Below, one piece after another: positions 30,298 to 40,518 of a stretch of 64,000 nt of DNA; the first letter of the stretch is position 1, and each line of letters begins with the position of its first letter. Source of the DNA: Candidatus Poribacteria bacterium (lineage in GTDB: Bacteria; Poribacteria; WGA-4E; WGA-3G); contig OZ244048.1 in the NCBI GenBank assembly GCA_965215265.1, forward strand, positions 2,624,001 to 2,688,000, read 5' to 3'. A model generated the notes under the pieces. The model ran no database searches, had not been told where the DNA came from, and saw nothing but the letters and a program-made list of their open reading frames with translations. Both the position numbers and the translations under genes were made by a program.

Positions 30298-31476
30298 ATG
30301 AATATGTTAGTCGAAGACGATAAACTTAAATTTCTCCGGAAAACCGAACTTTTTTCTCAATTGCCGCAAACTGAATTAAAATTGATAAGCGATATCGCGC
30401 TTGAGGTAACATATCCGGCCGAACATACTTTGTTTGAAGAAGGGACTGAGGGTGATTCGCTCTATTTGTTAGTTCACGGGGAAGTGAGCATCATCAAAGC
30501 AGAAACCGAGGTATTGTGCTTTAATCAGCCTGGGTATTGCATTGGCGAGATCTCCCTGATAGATGATAAACCCCGAAGTGCGACGGTGAAAACGGTAAAG
30601 CGCACACAATTCCTTCGGATTACGCGGCACGATTTTTATCAAGCGATGTCCCGCGAACCATTGATTGGCAGCGGTATGTTCCGCGTGCTTAACGATAAAA
30701 TTCGCAGAGATCTTGAGATTCAGATGAGTGCTGTGCGTAAGGATATCGCGCTGGAAGAATCCATGCGGCTCGCCGCAGAAGTACAACAGTCAATCTTACC
30801 GAATAGGGAGATTGAGCTGCCTTATCTAACCTCTGCTGGCTATTGCCAACCTGCAAATAGTGTGGGTGGGGATTATTACGATTATCTTTACCTTCCTAAC
30901 GACCGGGTCGCAATCTTCATCGCTGATGTGATGGGGCATGGTTACCACTCAGCGATGCTCGCCGCTATGAGCAAAAGTTGTTTGCAAACCCAAATCCGCT
31001 TTGATGCCTCAGTTCCTGAGGTGATGAATGCGCTCAACCGCGTCGCTGCAGAAGATGCCTCTGCCTTTATATACATGACCTGCTGTTACGCTATCATTCA
31101 TCCGGATCGCCGGATTGAATTTGCTAATGCTGCTCATCCAGAGATGCTTCTTTTCCGACAAGATGAAATCCTTAAACTGAAATCGCAATTTATGCCGGTC
31201 GGGATATCGTTTGAAACTATGCGAACGCAATATTACAGCACAGAGATCTCGTGGTACCCCGGGGATATGTTAGTGCTTTATTCGGACGGTATCACAGAGG
31301 CTTTCAACCCGGCAACTGAAATGTATGGCATAGAACGTTTCAAAACGTGTCTGTCTGAAAAACGGCATCTATCACCTACTGAGATTAAGCGGGCTGTTTT
31401 GTCGGACCTGTCCTCGCACCAAAAAGGCGAACCGGCTGATGATGATATTGCCTTGATCATCGCAAAATTCCGTTAG
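30298..31476 (+). CDS. cNMP-binding domain + PP2C/SpoIIE-type Ser/Thr phosphatase
   Basis: GEISL..PRSATV (cNMP); VGGDYYD, ADVMGHG, YSDGITEA and DDI (PP2C). Confidence 0.92.
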   Translation: MNMLVEDDKLKFLRKTELFSQLPQTELKLISDIALEVTYPAEHTLFEEGTEGDSLYLLVHGEVSIIKAETEVLCFNQPGYCIGEISLIDDKPRSATVKTVKRTQFLRITRHDFYQAMSREPLIGSGMFRVLNDKIRRDLEIQMSAVRKDIALEESMRLAAEVQQSILPNREIELPYLTSAGYCQPANSVGGDYYDYLYLPNDRVAIFIADVMGHGYHSAMLAAMSKSCLQTQIRFDASVPEVMNALNRVAAEDASAFIYMTCCYAIIHPDRRIEFANAAHPEMLLFRQDEILKLKSQFMPVGISFETMRTQYYSTEISWYPGDMLVLYSDGITEAFNPATEMYGIERFKTCLSEKRHLSPTEIKRAVLSDLSSHQKGEPADDDIALIIAKFR

Positions 31477-31514
31477 GGTACGTGATGAGCGCCAAAATAT
31501 ATTTTCTCTCGTGC

Positions 31515-32711
31515 CTACAACTGGTTTACTGCGTAATGCAGAATGTTTTGCATCAACGCCTTATTTATTGTGGTTGTGTACTGACTGTCGTTGCGCAGGC
31601 TCGTAATAATGTATGTCCCTTTGCCATATCGGCGCGTGCCGACAACCAGTTCTTTACCGCCTATAGTCGTTGCCAAGACATCATCGCTCCGGCTCCAATC
31701 CATCCATGCATCATCAACATAGATTTGACCTGATTTAATTAGGTTCGGAGTTGTGAAGAGCGATTCCCCTTCTTGCGTTGCAACAAAATGCTGTGTTGGT
31801 GAGCTTTCAACGCCTGTGAGTTCGCCGTTTAGCCATCCGGTTCCACACGGCCGCTCCGGACTGCTGTCTTGCCCGGCAATGATAACGATGCCGCCTTTCT
31901 TAACGAATTTTTTTATTTTCTGCTCTGTTTCACGGGAGAGGAGGTAGCGTCCGTAACTTGAAATCTCCTCGTACCCGACCCATAAAACATCTGCTTCGTT
32001 TAGGTTAGGCAGTTTTCTGTCTTGAACAGGTTCATAAATGAGTGAACGTTTTCCGGCTTTTTTGGTTGTCCGCAAGGCACTGTATTCATACGTCATTGTG
32101 TTGGAGTAGACAGGGACCTGGCTCCAGGTCGAATGCGTACTATTACCCGTCAAAACAAGCACCTTTACTGCGTTTTTGGGGGCACCTACCCACATTTTTC
32201 CTGCGAGCATCTGTGTCACGATTTTTTGAAACGCCTTCGTCTTTCCGTCAAATGTCCGCAACATCATCGGATCTATGTGCGTGAAAGTCCACCATGACCT
32301 GGAGGCGTTTCTACCGCCATAACCACGCATTTGGAACCAGGTGTTATCCACAAAGCACATACTGTCAATACCGTAATGTTGGCGATAGAAAACGATAATG
32401 GGCATTCCCGGCTTAAGTATATTCACCAATTTTTGGGGAGAGGTGCCGCGTTTATAATGCCCTGTGGCGAAATTCATATTTATTGTCTTTAGGTTGCTCT
32501 CGCCTTTCACATCTTTCCGGACGGTAACAACCCCTCGCAGGCGGCGTTTATCAACGGTTTTGACTTCCCCGAAAACGATGTTGGTGCAAGCATCAACAAC
32601 TTCGCGTATCGTATATTCGCGCTCAATGAATGCCGGTGCAGCAGGGGTGAACATCACACCAAGCAAACAGAACACGAGAATCAAGGCACTCAGACTGTTT
32701 GTAGAACGCAT
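31515..32711 (-). CDS. Secreted hypothetical protein with C-terminal class I GATase-like fold
   Basis: Signal peptide from ATG 32711, with KKFVKKGG and YGKG motifs. Confidence 0.7.
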   Translation of the reverse strand: MRSTNSLSALILVFCLLGVMFTPAAPAFIEREYTIREVVDACTNIVFGEVKTVDKRRLRGVVTVRKDVKGESNLKTINMNFATGHYKRGTSPQKLVNILKPGMPIIVFYRQHYGIDSMCFVDNTWFQMRGYGGRNASRSWWTFTHIDPMMLRTFDGKTKAFQKIVTQMLAGKMWVGAPKNAVKVLVLTGNSTHSTWSQVPVYSNTMTYEYSALRTTKKAGKRSLIYEPVQDRKLPNLNEADVLWVGYEEISSYGRYLLSRETEQKIKKFVKKGGIVIIAGQDSSPERPCGTGWLNGELTGVESSPTQHFVATQEGESLFTTPNLIKSGQIYVDDAWMDWSRSDDVLATTIGGKELVVGTRRYGKGTYIITSLRNDSQYTTTINKALMQNILHYAVNQL

Positions 32712-32934
32712 GGCACAATCCTCCAATGTACAAGCAGAGACAAATTCTCCTTCCCGCATAAAGACAAGACACAACCACACGCCTAGATAGGTGTTTTAGT
32801 ACCGGGCATCGTGAGTTTGCACAACGGGAGTAGAATCTAATTGGAATTCAGGAATTTCTATATTACCATTTATTATATTATATTCCTTTCAATTTTGCAA
32901 GAATTTTGATATATTTATCAAAAACCGATTTCAT

Positions 32935-34527
32935 ATGAAAACTGAGCCGATGCACAAACCGTCCGAAAAACTGTCAAAAATCTTTAGCACCACCATCTAT
33001 ATCGGATTTCTAATTTTTGTGCTTTCGTTACCGTTCGGGTATACAACCGCGTTTTTGAACACCGGGCTCTCGCTCATCCTAATTGGCTGGGTCGGCAGAA
33101 TGATTTCAGAGCGGCGTTGCAATCGGCAAAATCAGGGTGCCGCTGCCAATATCAATTGGAATGGCACGCCACTTGCTGTCCCGATTGTACTGTTTTTAAC
33201 ATTAGCATTGATAGCGTTATTATTCGCGCCTCATCCTTCCACCAGCAGCCTCGGTTATTTTTGGAAATTACTACGGGGGATTCTTCTTTTTTACGCTGTT
33301 ATTCACAGCGGCCTCGGCACGCGGTGGCGGTCTATCATGGGTGCCTTTATCCTCGCTGCAGGCATCTCTTCCGTGCTTGGCATTTGGTTTTATGCGAACG
33401 ATGAGCAGTTAGCTATTGACTTCATGGGACGAATACCCTTAGAATATCAGGAGGAACTTCCAAGCGGAAACGAATCTCATCTATCAGAGAAACTCCGTAC
33501 TGAATTGAGAAAACATCGCATGCCACTGTCCGCCACTGCAGTATTTATACCTTCAAAACGCCCCGGTGAATTTTGGATTGAGGATGCGCCCCGGGATAGA
33601 CGTTACACGATACGGAAAACTGAATCAGACCTGATGATTTACATGATTGAGCCCAGGCTCACCGGTACCTTCAAAATGCCAAACGACTTGGGTGCATACC
33701 TTGCCCTCACACTGCCGCTCGCGCTCGGTTATTTTCTTGCAAGCGTGCGTAGTCAGTTTGTTACGCCGGATTGCACACGTCCTCGCTTGTTCTACGCTAT
33801 AGGTAGGTTCCGGCAGCGTACATGGATTACCGGCATCCTCGCTCTCATTTTAGCACTGATGGCTGTCAATCTGGCATTGACACTGACGCGAGCGGCCTGG
33901 GTCAGCGTTACAGTTGCTACCCTTTGCATCGGATGCTATTGGCTCAGTGTGCAAAAAAAACGCAGATGGCTATATCTATCTGTTTTACTAGTTTGCTTTT
34001 CCGTATTTCTAATACCTTTTCTGTTTAACTTCAAACCGTTGCGCCACATTACCGATCGTTTTTATACGATGGTTGCACATCCAGCTGGATTCATGGGAGA
34101 ACGTCCACAGTGGTGGCAAATGTCCGTTCAACTCATTCAGCGGCATCCACTCACGGGCATCGGATTGGGCAGGTTTCGACACGAGTACCAATTAAACACA
34201 TTACAGGAGCAGTATGATACGCCTTACCACGCACATAATATCTATCTTCATATCGCCGTTGAGCATGGCATCCCCTCGCTTTTTGTATTTCTGTGGATGT
34301 TGGTGATTATCTGGAGGCGGGTTTTCTCTATGCGTAACGCTAACGATTTTTGGGGAATCGGATGTTTTATCGGTGCAAGTGGGTTCCTAATCTCTGCTCT
34401 TATCTATGGATTAGCTGATAATATACTACACCACCGTTCACTGTTGATTTTTTGGTTTATTGTCGGATTGATTTTCTATACCGAACACACGGATCAGAAT
34501 TATGAAAAAACGCCCGAATCCAATTGA
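32935..34527 (+). CDS. O-antigen ligase (WaaL/Wzy_C) family membrane protein
   Basis: Multiple TMs, LTLTRAAW, PLTGIGLGRF and HAHNIYL motifs. Confidence 0.88.
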   Translation: MKTEPMHKPSEKLSKIFSTTIYIGFLIFVLSLPFGYTTAFLNTGLSLILIGWVGRMISERRCNRQNQGAAANINWNGTPLAVPIVLFLTLALIALLFAPHPSTSSLGYFWKLLRGILLFYAVIHSGLGTRWRSIMGAFILAAGISSVLGIWFYANDEQLAIDFMGRIPLEYQEELPSGNESHLSEKLRTELRKHRMPLSATAVFIPSKRPGEFWIEDAPRDRRYTIRKTESDLMIYMIEPRLTGTFKMPNDLGAYLALTLPLALGYFLASVRSQFVTPDCTRPRLFYAIGRFRQRTWITGILALILALMAVNLALTLTRAAWVSVTVATLCIGCYWLSVQKKRRWLYLSVLLVCFSVFLIPFLFNFKPLRHITDRFYTMVAHPAGFMGERPQWWQMSVQLIQRHPLTGIGLGRFRHEYQLNTLQEQYDTPYHAHNIYLHIAVEHGIPSLFVFLWMLVIIWRRVFSMRNANDFWGIGCFIGASGFLISALIYGLADNILHHRSLLIFWFIVGLIFYTEHTDQNYEKTPESN

Positions 34528-35461
34528 TTTGTCCGCCGTGACGACTTACCCGCTTCAAGAACGCATCAACAAAGTCTCTATTCACGATTTTGCCATGCTG
34601 CCAAGCTCAGGTATAGACCTCGGGCCCTTTTTAGAGAGCCTGCCGCGCATTCTCAAAGCCCCCGATTTTTTGCAACTTATTGACAGCATCATAGACGCAT
34701 ATCGGCGGAAAAAACCGGTTATCGTCCTAATGGGCGGGCATGTCATCAAATGCGGTCTGAGCCCTCTGTTAATTGCGTTAGCAAAACGTGGGGTGATTAC
34801 CGGATTCGCCTTCAACGGCGCAAGCAGCATACACGATTTTGAGATAGCCCTCATTGGTGAGACATCAGAGGAGGTCTCGGCGTACCTCCAAAACGGGCAA
34901 TTCGGCATGTGGGAGGAAACGGGACGTTTGATGAACGAGGCGATCCAATCTGCCGTAAGCACCGGCATCGGGATAGGGGAGGCCTTAGGCCGTTCCCTTA
35001 TTGATATCGGTGCACCCTACAATCATTACAGCTTACTCGCGGCCGGAATTCAACTGGATATTCCAATTACAGTGCATGTGGCCATCGGCACCGATATCAT
35101 CCATCAGCACCCCACTGCGAACGGTGCCGCTATCGGAGAAGCAAGCTTTACCGATTTCCGGCTCCTGACAGAACTGGTGACGCATTTGGAAGGGGGCGGT
35201 GTGGTGCTTAACTTCGGCTCGGCTGTCATCTTACCGGAAGTTTTCCTAAAGGCGTTAACCATCGCGCGTAATCTCGGGCATACAGTCGCTCACTTTACCA
35301 CCGCTAATTTTGACATGCAGCAGCAGTATCGCCCGGTGGAGAACATTGTCAAACGGCCGACAGAGCTCGATGGCAAAGGCTACACCTTCACAGGACATCA
35401 TGAAATTATGATTCCGCTGCTGGTGCAAGCAATTCTATCTCGGATAGAGGATGCGTCGTAG
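34502..35461 (+). CDS. Deoxyhypusine-synthase-like conserved protein
   Basis: MGGHVIKCG, NGASSIHDFE, TVHVAIGTD, GSAVILPEVFLK and GHHE motifs. Confidence 0.7.
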   Translation: MKKRPNPIDLSAVTTYPLQERINKVSIHDFAMLPSSGIDLGPFLESLPRILKAPDFLQLIDSIIDAYRRKKPVIVLMGGHVIKCGLSPLLIALAKRGVITGFAFNGASSIHDFEIALIGETSEEVSAYLQNGQFGMWEETGRLMNEAIQSAVSTGIGIGEALGRSLIDIGAPYNHYSLLAAGIQLDIPITVHVAIGTDIIHQHPTANGAAIGEASFTDFRLLTELVTHLEGGGVVLNFGSAVILPEVFLKALTIARNLGHTVAHFTTANFDMQQQYRPVENIVKRPTELDGKGYTFTGHHEIMIPLLVQAILSRIEDAS

Positions 35462-35812
35462 GAGCCACGCTCTTTACGCAAACCTTTTTAGGAATTTTCC
35501 CGGTTTTTCGCTGTGATTCCCTCTAAAAAGAGAGACGAGAACTTGCTGCCACGCGCTATTGCAATTCAAGATCCGTTTTCCGCAAGGGAACGTCGGAGAG
35601 CCTTCAGAGAAGCGCTCGTACAAGCATCACGATGACAAGGCAATGCAAGCTTCAGTTTCACTAACAATGCCCGAGACGCTCGTAATTCAGGCAAAGACGG
35701 AATTTTTAAATAAATTTTTAGAAGTTTATTAATTTTCTCTTTATCCATGACATCCACAGATTCCAAAAATCTTAGGTATATTGAACAATCCATGCTAATT
35801 TTCTCCGCCTAT

Positions 35813-36331
35813 TCAGGTCTTTTGTAGATAAACCAGGTCGCTGTACGAGCCAGCAATTGGTTCTGCTGTATCTAAGTTAAGGGTTGTTTTAACGTGTTCA
35901 TGTTCGGCAACTGCTTGGGCCTCAGTTTGTCCTTCAAAAACGGTTTCTAATTCAATAAATCGACCGAGCTCCTTGACGGTATCAAGATGGATGCGTGTAT
36001 GATTGAACATCCAGAGTTCCCGCTGCTTTTTGACAACTGCTTTTATTCCCAATGCTCTCGTTAAGAGGTTTTTTAGTGTTGCAGCGTCCGCAATTTCGCA
36101 CAACTGATACTCACTATAACGCGAAGCTTGACGATTCGGACGTTCGTAATAGATGAGCCAGCCTTCACGTGATTCAGCAATCTCCCGTAATTTTAACCGG
36201 CCCGTTTGGCTCTCAAAATAGGTATCCACTTGATGAATGGTTTGACGGTACATCGCTTGTAAATCACCTAATCTGCGTTGAAGTGCATCAAACGATTGGT
36301 ACCGCGCTTTGAACTCTAGGTTTGTTGCCAT
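35813..36331 (-). CDS. CYTH-domain protein (class IV adenylate cyclase-like)
   Basis: NLEFKAR, QVDTYF, RLKLRE, HLDTVKELGRFIELE and SY motifs. Confidence 0.9.
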   Translation of the reverse strand: MATNLEFKARYQSFDALQRRLGDLQAMYRQTIHQVDTYFESQTGRLKLREIAESREGWLIYYERPNRQASRYSEYQLCEIADAATLKNLLTRALGIKAVVKKQRELWMFNHTRIHLDTVKELGRFIELETVFEGQTEAQAVAEHEHVKTTLNLDTAEPIAGSYSDLVYLQKT

Positions 36332-36536
36332 ATCTTTAATTGGGTTGCGCTCGTAACAGACTCCGTTGAGTATTTTTTTTACACTATGCCTACGGTAAGA
36401 TGAGTGACATTATTTGCTAAACAGTGTTATAGGTGCTACATGGATTTTTAGTACTCTGTTTTTAACAACGAGAGGGTCATGCTCGAGATTCAAAAATCTG
36501 TGTGCCCTAACGGTATCGCCGGTCTTCAGAGAGGCT

Positions 36537-37232
36537 TCATTCCAATTCACCCAAATCTTCATCTGAGTCGTAACTATTCACACAAGAACGGTTGCAACGT
36601 TCGCCGTGTGCAAGCAACCAGCAGACACTATGTCGCATCCGAAGTGAACTAATCAGACAGGTTCGCAACTGCTCCGGATCAAAATCGTGCCCTAAAAGGA
36701 AACTGTAGCCGCCCCACCTCATAGATTGGCTGGCCCTGCTGTCATTAGAAACAATTGTGATGATTTTAACGTGCGGCTGATACCTGCTAATATATTCATA
36801 GAGGCGCGAACGTCTCGCACGCGTGCAGTCAGCAATGATCATCCTATATTTTCGCAGCTTCAGCAAACCAATGGCTTCTGCGGTCCGTTCTGGGATATCG
36901 TATCGATAACCCTCGGAACGCAGGAGTTCCCTGATTTTTTGTTGTAAATCGTCATCGCGGCGGGAGACAATCATCACGTCGCCCTGCAACTCAGAGATAC
37001 TGAAATCTTCCTGAATATCCAGCGGAATGAGTGCCTCTTCTAATTGCCGCTCAAGCCTTCTGCGTACTCGGCGCACCTTGCCTCTGACAAAATCCATCCG
37101 CTCATCTAAATCCGGAAGTTGATTAAAATCTTGTTTCATAATATAGTACACCCGTAAAAATGCTTTTTGTTCAGAAAAAAAATCAGTATTCACGATGTCC
37201 ATGCTTCTTTTCGTATATATGACTTGTCTCAA
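36537..37232 (-). CDS. Hypothetical protein with receiver-like domain and C-terminal Cys cluster (start may be 37202 or 37139)
   Basis: EGY..AEAIGLL..YRMIIAD receiver-like pattern and CWLLAHGERCNRSC. Confidence 0.6.
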   Translation of the reverse strand: MRQVIYTKRSMDIVNTDFFSEQKAFLRVYYIMKQDFNQLPDLDERMDFVRGKVRRVRRRLERQLEEALIPLDIQEDFSISELQGDVMIVSRRDDDLQQKIRELLRSEGYRYDIPERTAEAIGLLKLRKYRMIIADCTRARRSRLYEYISRYQPHVKIITIVSNDSRASQSMRWGGYSFLLGHDFDPEQLRTCLISSLRMRHSVCWLLAHGERCNRSCVNSYDSDEDLGELE

Positions 37233-37546
37233 GTCATTTTTGTTGAAAAAAACTGCGAGATTCTATAAACTACCTAAAATTGTAGGCGACGATTCTCTAA
37301 AATTATTTAGAACTCGTTACTATAGAGACATCTTCTGTAAAAAAGGATAGTAAAAACTTCGTAGAATGTGCACACCCCTTTTTACCAAGTAACGTTTCAA
37401 GCACGCTTTGTCTTCATTTTCGTATTTTTCTAGTTTCATTTTTAAATTCGGTCAAAATCGACTTGCCATTATTGTTTGGAGATGAATCTATAACAATAGA
37501 GGAGACGGCCTGATATCATAAGGAATTCTGGGAAGGAAAAACTGTT

Positions 37547-38788
37547 ATGCAGAATGGACGTCAAGAATTTGGAACCTTCGCCCGGTTATCCGGCATGATG
37601 TTTTTGCAATTCGCGATTTGGGGAGCTTGGGCAGTGCTCATTGCAGGGCACATGCAAAATCTTGGGTTTACAGGTAAACAGATTAGCTATGTATTCGGTA
37701 CTACCGCGATCGGTTCTATTATTTCGCCTATCATTGCGGGTTGGATCGCCGACCGGCTCATGCCTGCGCAAATTTTTGCGGCGATTTCACATGGGCTCGG
37801 TGGCATCTGTCTGCTGATTGCGTGGCGGCAGCCTACCTTCCCGATGATGTGGGGTACGATTTTCCTACACGCAATCCTCTATATGCCGACTATCGCGCTG
37901 ACCAACGCTGTCGCCTTCCACCACATGGGGCAGTCGGACAAATTCGGAAATATCCGTGTCTTCGGGACCTTAGGTTGGATCGCGATTAATTGGGTGCTTA
38001 GTCTCTATCTCCGGTTCTGGGAGGGGCGCGCCGCAAACCTTCCGCATGTTGGCGATTGTCTCCTCTTCGGAGCGATACTTTCCTTTATTATGTGCGTTTA
38101 CTGCTTAACATTGCCAAACACTCCACCGAGCAAAGAGGCAAAAAATCCTTACGCCTTTCTTGAAGCCTTCGCCCTCGTTTCCAATAAAAATTTCGCTGTA
38201 CTTCTGATTATCTCGTTCGTTGTTGCCATTGAGCTACCTTTTTACTACAACTTAACCTATCTCTTTCTAACCGATGCTGTCCATGGCGTTAATTTAGCGG
38301 CGAGCAGTGCGAATCTTGCGATGAGTCTTGGACAAGTCGCCGAAGTGCTGCTGATGTTGCTGTTATTTCCTTGTCTACGTCGCTTCGGCATGCGATTCAC
38401 TATTTTCTTAGGTATCCTCGCTTGGCCTGTTCGTTACGCTATCTTCGCGATTGGCGAACCGGTCTGGTTAGTTGTCAGTGCACAGACGTTACACGGTATC
38501 TGTTATTCGTTCTTTTTCGTGGGCGGAATGATTGCCGTGGAACGCCTGAGTCCGCCCGATATTCGTGCGAGTTCTCAGAGTCTATTACTTTTTGTCACGA
38601 ATGGGCTCGGCATGTTAGTCGGGCATATTGTCAGTGGCCGCGTCCACGACTTTTTCGCTTATCCAGAGGGCGGCCACGCCTGGGCGAAAATCTTCATGGT
38701 CCCCATTGCTGTAACGCTCATTGCTGCTGCCGCCTTTATCTTTTTGTTCAACGAACGGAAATATCAGGCGGATGTAGATACGGTGTGA
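37547..38788 (+). CDS. MFS nucleoside:H+ symporter family transporter
   Basis: LSGMMFLQFAIWGAW, IADR, IRVFGTLGW and GQVAEV motifs. Confidence 0.9.
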   Translation: MQNGRQEFGTFARLSGMMFLQFAIWGAWAVLIAGHMQNLGFTGKQISYVFGTTAIGSIISPIIAGWIADRLMPAQIFAAISHGLGGICLLIAWRQPTFPMMWGTIFLHAILYMPTIALTNAVAFHHMGQSDKFGNIRVFGTLGWIAINWVLSLYLRFWEGRAANLPHVGDCLLFGAILSFIMCVYCLTLPNTPPSKEAKNPYAFLEAFALVSNKNFAVLLIISFVVAIELPFYYNLTYLFLTDAVHGVNLAASSANLAMSLGQVAEVLLMLLLFPCLRRFGMRFTIFLGILAWPVRYAIFAIGEPVWLVVSAQTLHGICYSFFFVGGMIAVERLSPPDIRASSQSLLLFVTNGLGMLVGHIVSGRVHDFFAYPEGGHAWAKIFMVPIAVTLIAAAAFIFLFNERKYQADVDTV

Positions 38789-38808
38789 ACTGAATTCAGG
38801 AGAATATT

Positions 38809-40470
38809 ATGTCAACCGGGAAAACGCTCATATATGAACCTACTGGTACCGGCAGCTTAGAGCTATCGGCAATGCAGAATTGGCGAATCATCAGTGCGCC
38901 AGACGCGACACCGTCCGAAAAATACGCTGCCGAAGAATGCCAAAAATGGCTCAGTCAATTTATTGAGCGGGAACCATCAAAAAAAGTATCCGTCTATATC
39001 GATGCCTCTGCTGGCCTGGGTGCTGAGGAGATCGAGATTCACGTTGAAACAAAGGAAATTCGCATCAGTGGTGGCAGGCCGCGCGGGGTGCTTTACGCTG
39101 TCTATCAATTCCTTGAGGAGTTGGTAGGTATCCGGTTCTTAACTGCTGAGCATACCTATATTCCCGATATATCTGGGCACAAGATACCTTGCGGTAGATA
39201 TAGTTACAAGCCTCCGTTTTCGTTCCGGTGGAGCTATTACCGTGAAAATTCAGACGCTCCGGAATTCGCGGCAAAACGTAAAGTTAACACAGTCACGGAT
39301 GCTGAAAACCTTGGGGGCAAGACGCAGCAGCAACTCATCAACCATTCATTTCATTGGTTAGTGCCTTTCGATACCTACGGTGCATCGCATCCGGAGTACT
39401 ACGCCTTGGTAGACGGGAAACGGGATACGAATACCCACGGTGGCGGTCCGCAATTGTGTGTTACCAACCCTGCGGTGATTGAAATTGCGGCTGAGGCAGC
39501 GATTCAGCGCATCACTGAACATCCGGATATGGTGAACATCAGTATAAGCCAAGCGGATACGGCAGCATATTGCCGGTGTGAATCGTGTGCAACACTCAAC
39601 CAAGAGGAAGAGACACCTATGGGTTCACAATTGGCGTTTGTGAATACTGTCGCTGCCCGGCTCGAGAAAGTTCACGCACATGTTAAGGTTGGGACGCTGG
39701 CGTATTGGTACACACGTAAACCGCCGAAAACGCTTCGCCCCCGCCACAACGTGCAGATTCAACTCTGTAGCATTGAATGTTGCACCCTTCATGCTATCGA
39801 TAACCCGAATTGCAAACAGAACCGTGGATTCTGTCAGGACATGGACGAATGGGGCAAAATCTGCAACGACATCTGGATTTGGAATTACAATACCAATTTC
39901 CGAGCCTATGATTTGCCCTTCCCTAATTTGCGTAGTATCGGGCGGAATGTCCGTTATTTCTTGCATAACAATGCGAAGGGTATCTTCATGCAAGCAAACG
40001 GCAACGGTACAACCGGAGAATTCTCTGATTTGCGGAACTACCTAATTTCGCAGCTTTTATGGGACCCGCAACTTAACGACAAAGCACTCTTAACCGAATT
40101 TGTACGACTTCACTATGGGGCGGCGGCACCCCCAATTTTGGAGTATATCGATTTCCTACACGACAACGCCCGAACGAGAAACCTCCACCCCAGATGCTTT
40201 CCGACACCGGAAGAAGTGGGCCTAGATGCGGAAACCGCACAGAAGGGCTTTGACTATTTTCAAGAGGCGTTATCGCTCGCAGAGAATGCAGACATTCAGG
40301 CACGTGTTGAGAAAGCATCTATTCCCGCCTATAAAGCGATGTTGGTTACCGGAGATACGCGGACTGAATTGATTGATGAATATATCACCTTATGCCGGCG
40401 TTATAATATGACACACGCAGCAGAACGGCAGGATGCGGACACTTACTTTCAGGAATTGCAGGGGCAATAA
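38809..40470 (+). CDS. DUF4838 domain-containing protein
   Basis: RGVLYAVYQFLE, HPEYYAL, QLCVTNP and TLAY motifs. Confidence 0.85.
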   Translation: MSTGKTLIYEPTGTGSLELSAMQNWRIISAPDATPSEKYAAEECQKWLSQFIEREPSKKVSVYIDASAGLGAEEIEIHVETKEIRISGGRPRGVLYAVYQFLEELVGIRFLTAEHTYIPDISGHKIPCGRYSYKPPFSFRWSYYRENSDAPEFAAKRKVNTVTDAENLGGKTQQQLINHSFHWLVPFDTYGASHPEYYALVDGKRDTNTHGGGPQLCVTNPAVIEIAAEAAIQRITEHPDMVNISISQADTAAYCRCESCATLNQEEETPMGSQLAFVNTVAARLEKVHAHVKVGTLAYWYTRKPPKTLRPRHNVQIQLCSIECCTLHAIDNPNCKQNRGFCQDMDEWGKICNDIWIWNYNTNFRAYDLPFPNLRSIGRNVRYFLHNNAKGIFMQANGNGTTGEFSDLRNYLISQLLWDPQLNDKALLTEFVRLHYGAAAPPILEYIDFLHDNARTRNLHPRCFPTPEEVGLDAETAQKGFDYFQEALSLAENADIQARVEKASIPAYKAMLVTGDTRTELIDEYITLCRRYNMTHAAERQDADTYFQELQGQ

Positions 40471-40518
40471 GGGGTGATAATCTGAATATCTTACTGTTTC
40501 GATCAAAACCGGGTACAA

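Noticed and set aside
35566-35793. 75-aa ORF or possible tmRNA/RNase P RNA in the gap
   Set aside because: No conserved RNA signatures found and no recognisable protein motif.
35813-36331. CYTH cyclase and cNMP-PP2C gene as part of a CRISPR/CBASS-like signalling system
   Set aside because: Both are common housekeeping families, not adjacent to each other, and more than 16 kb from the cmr locus.
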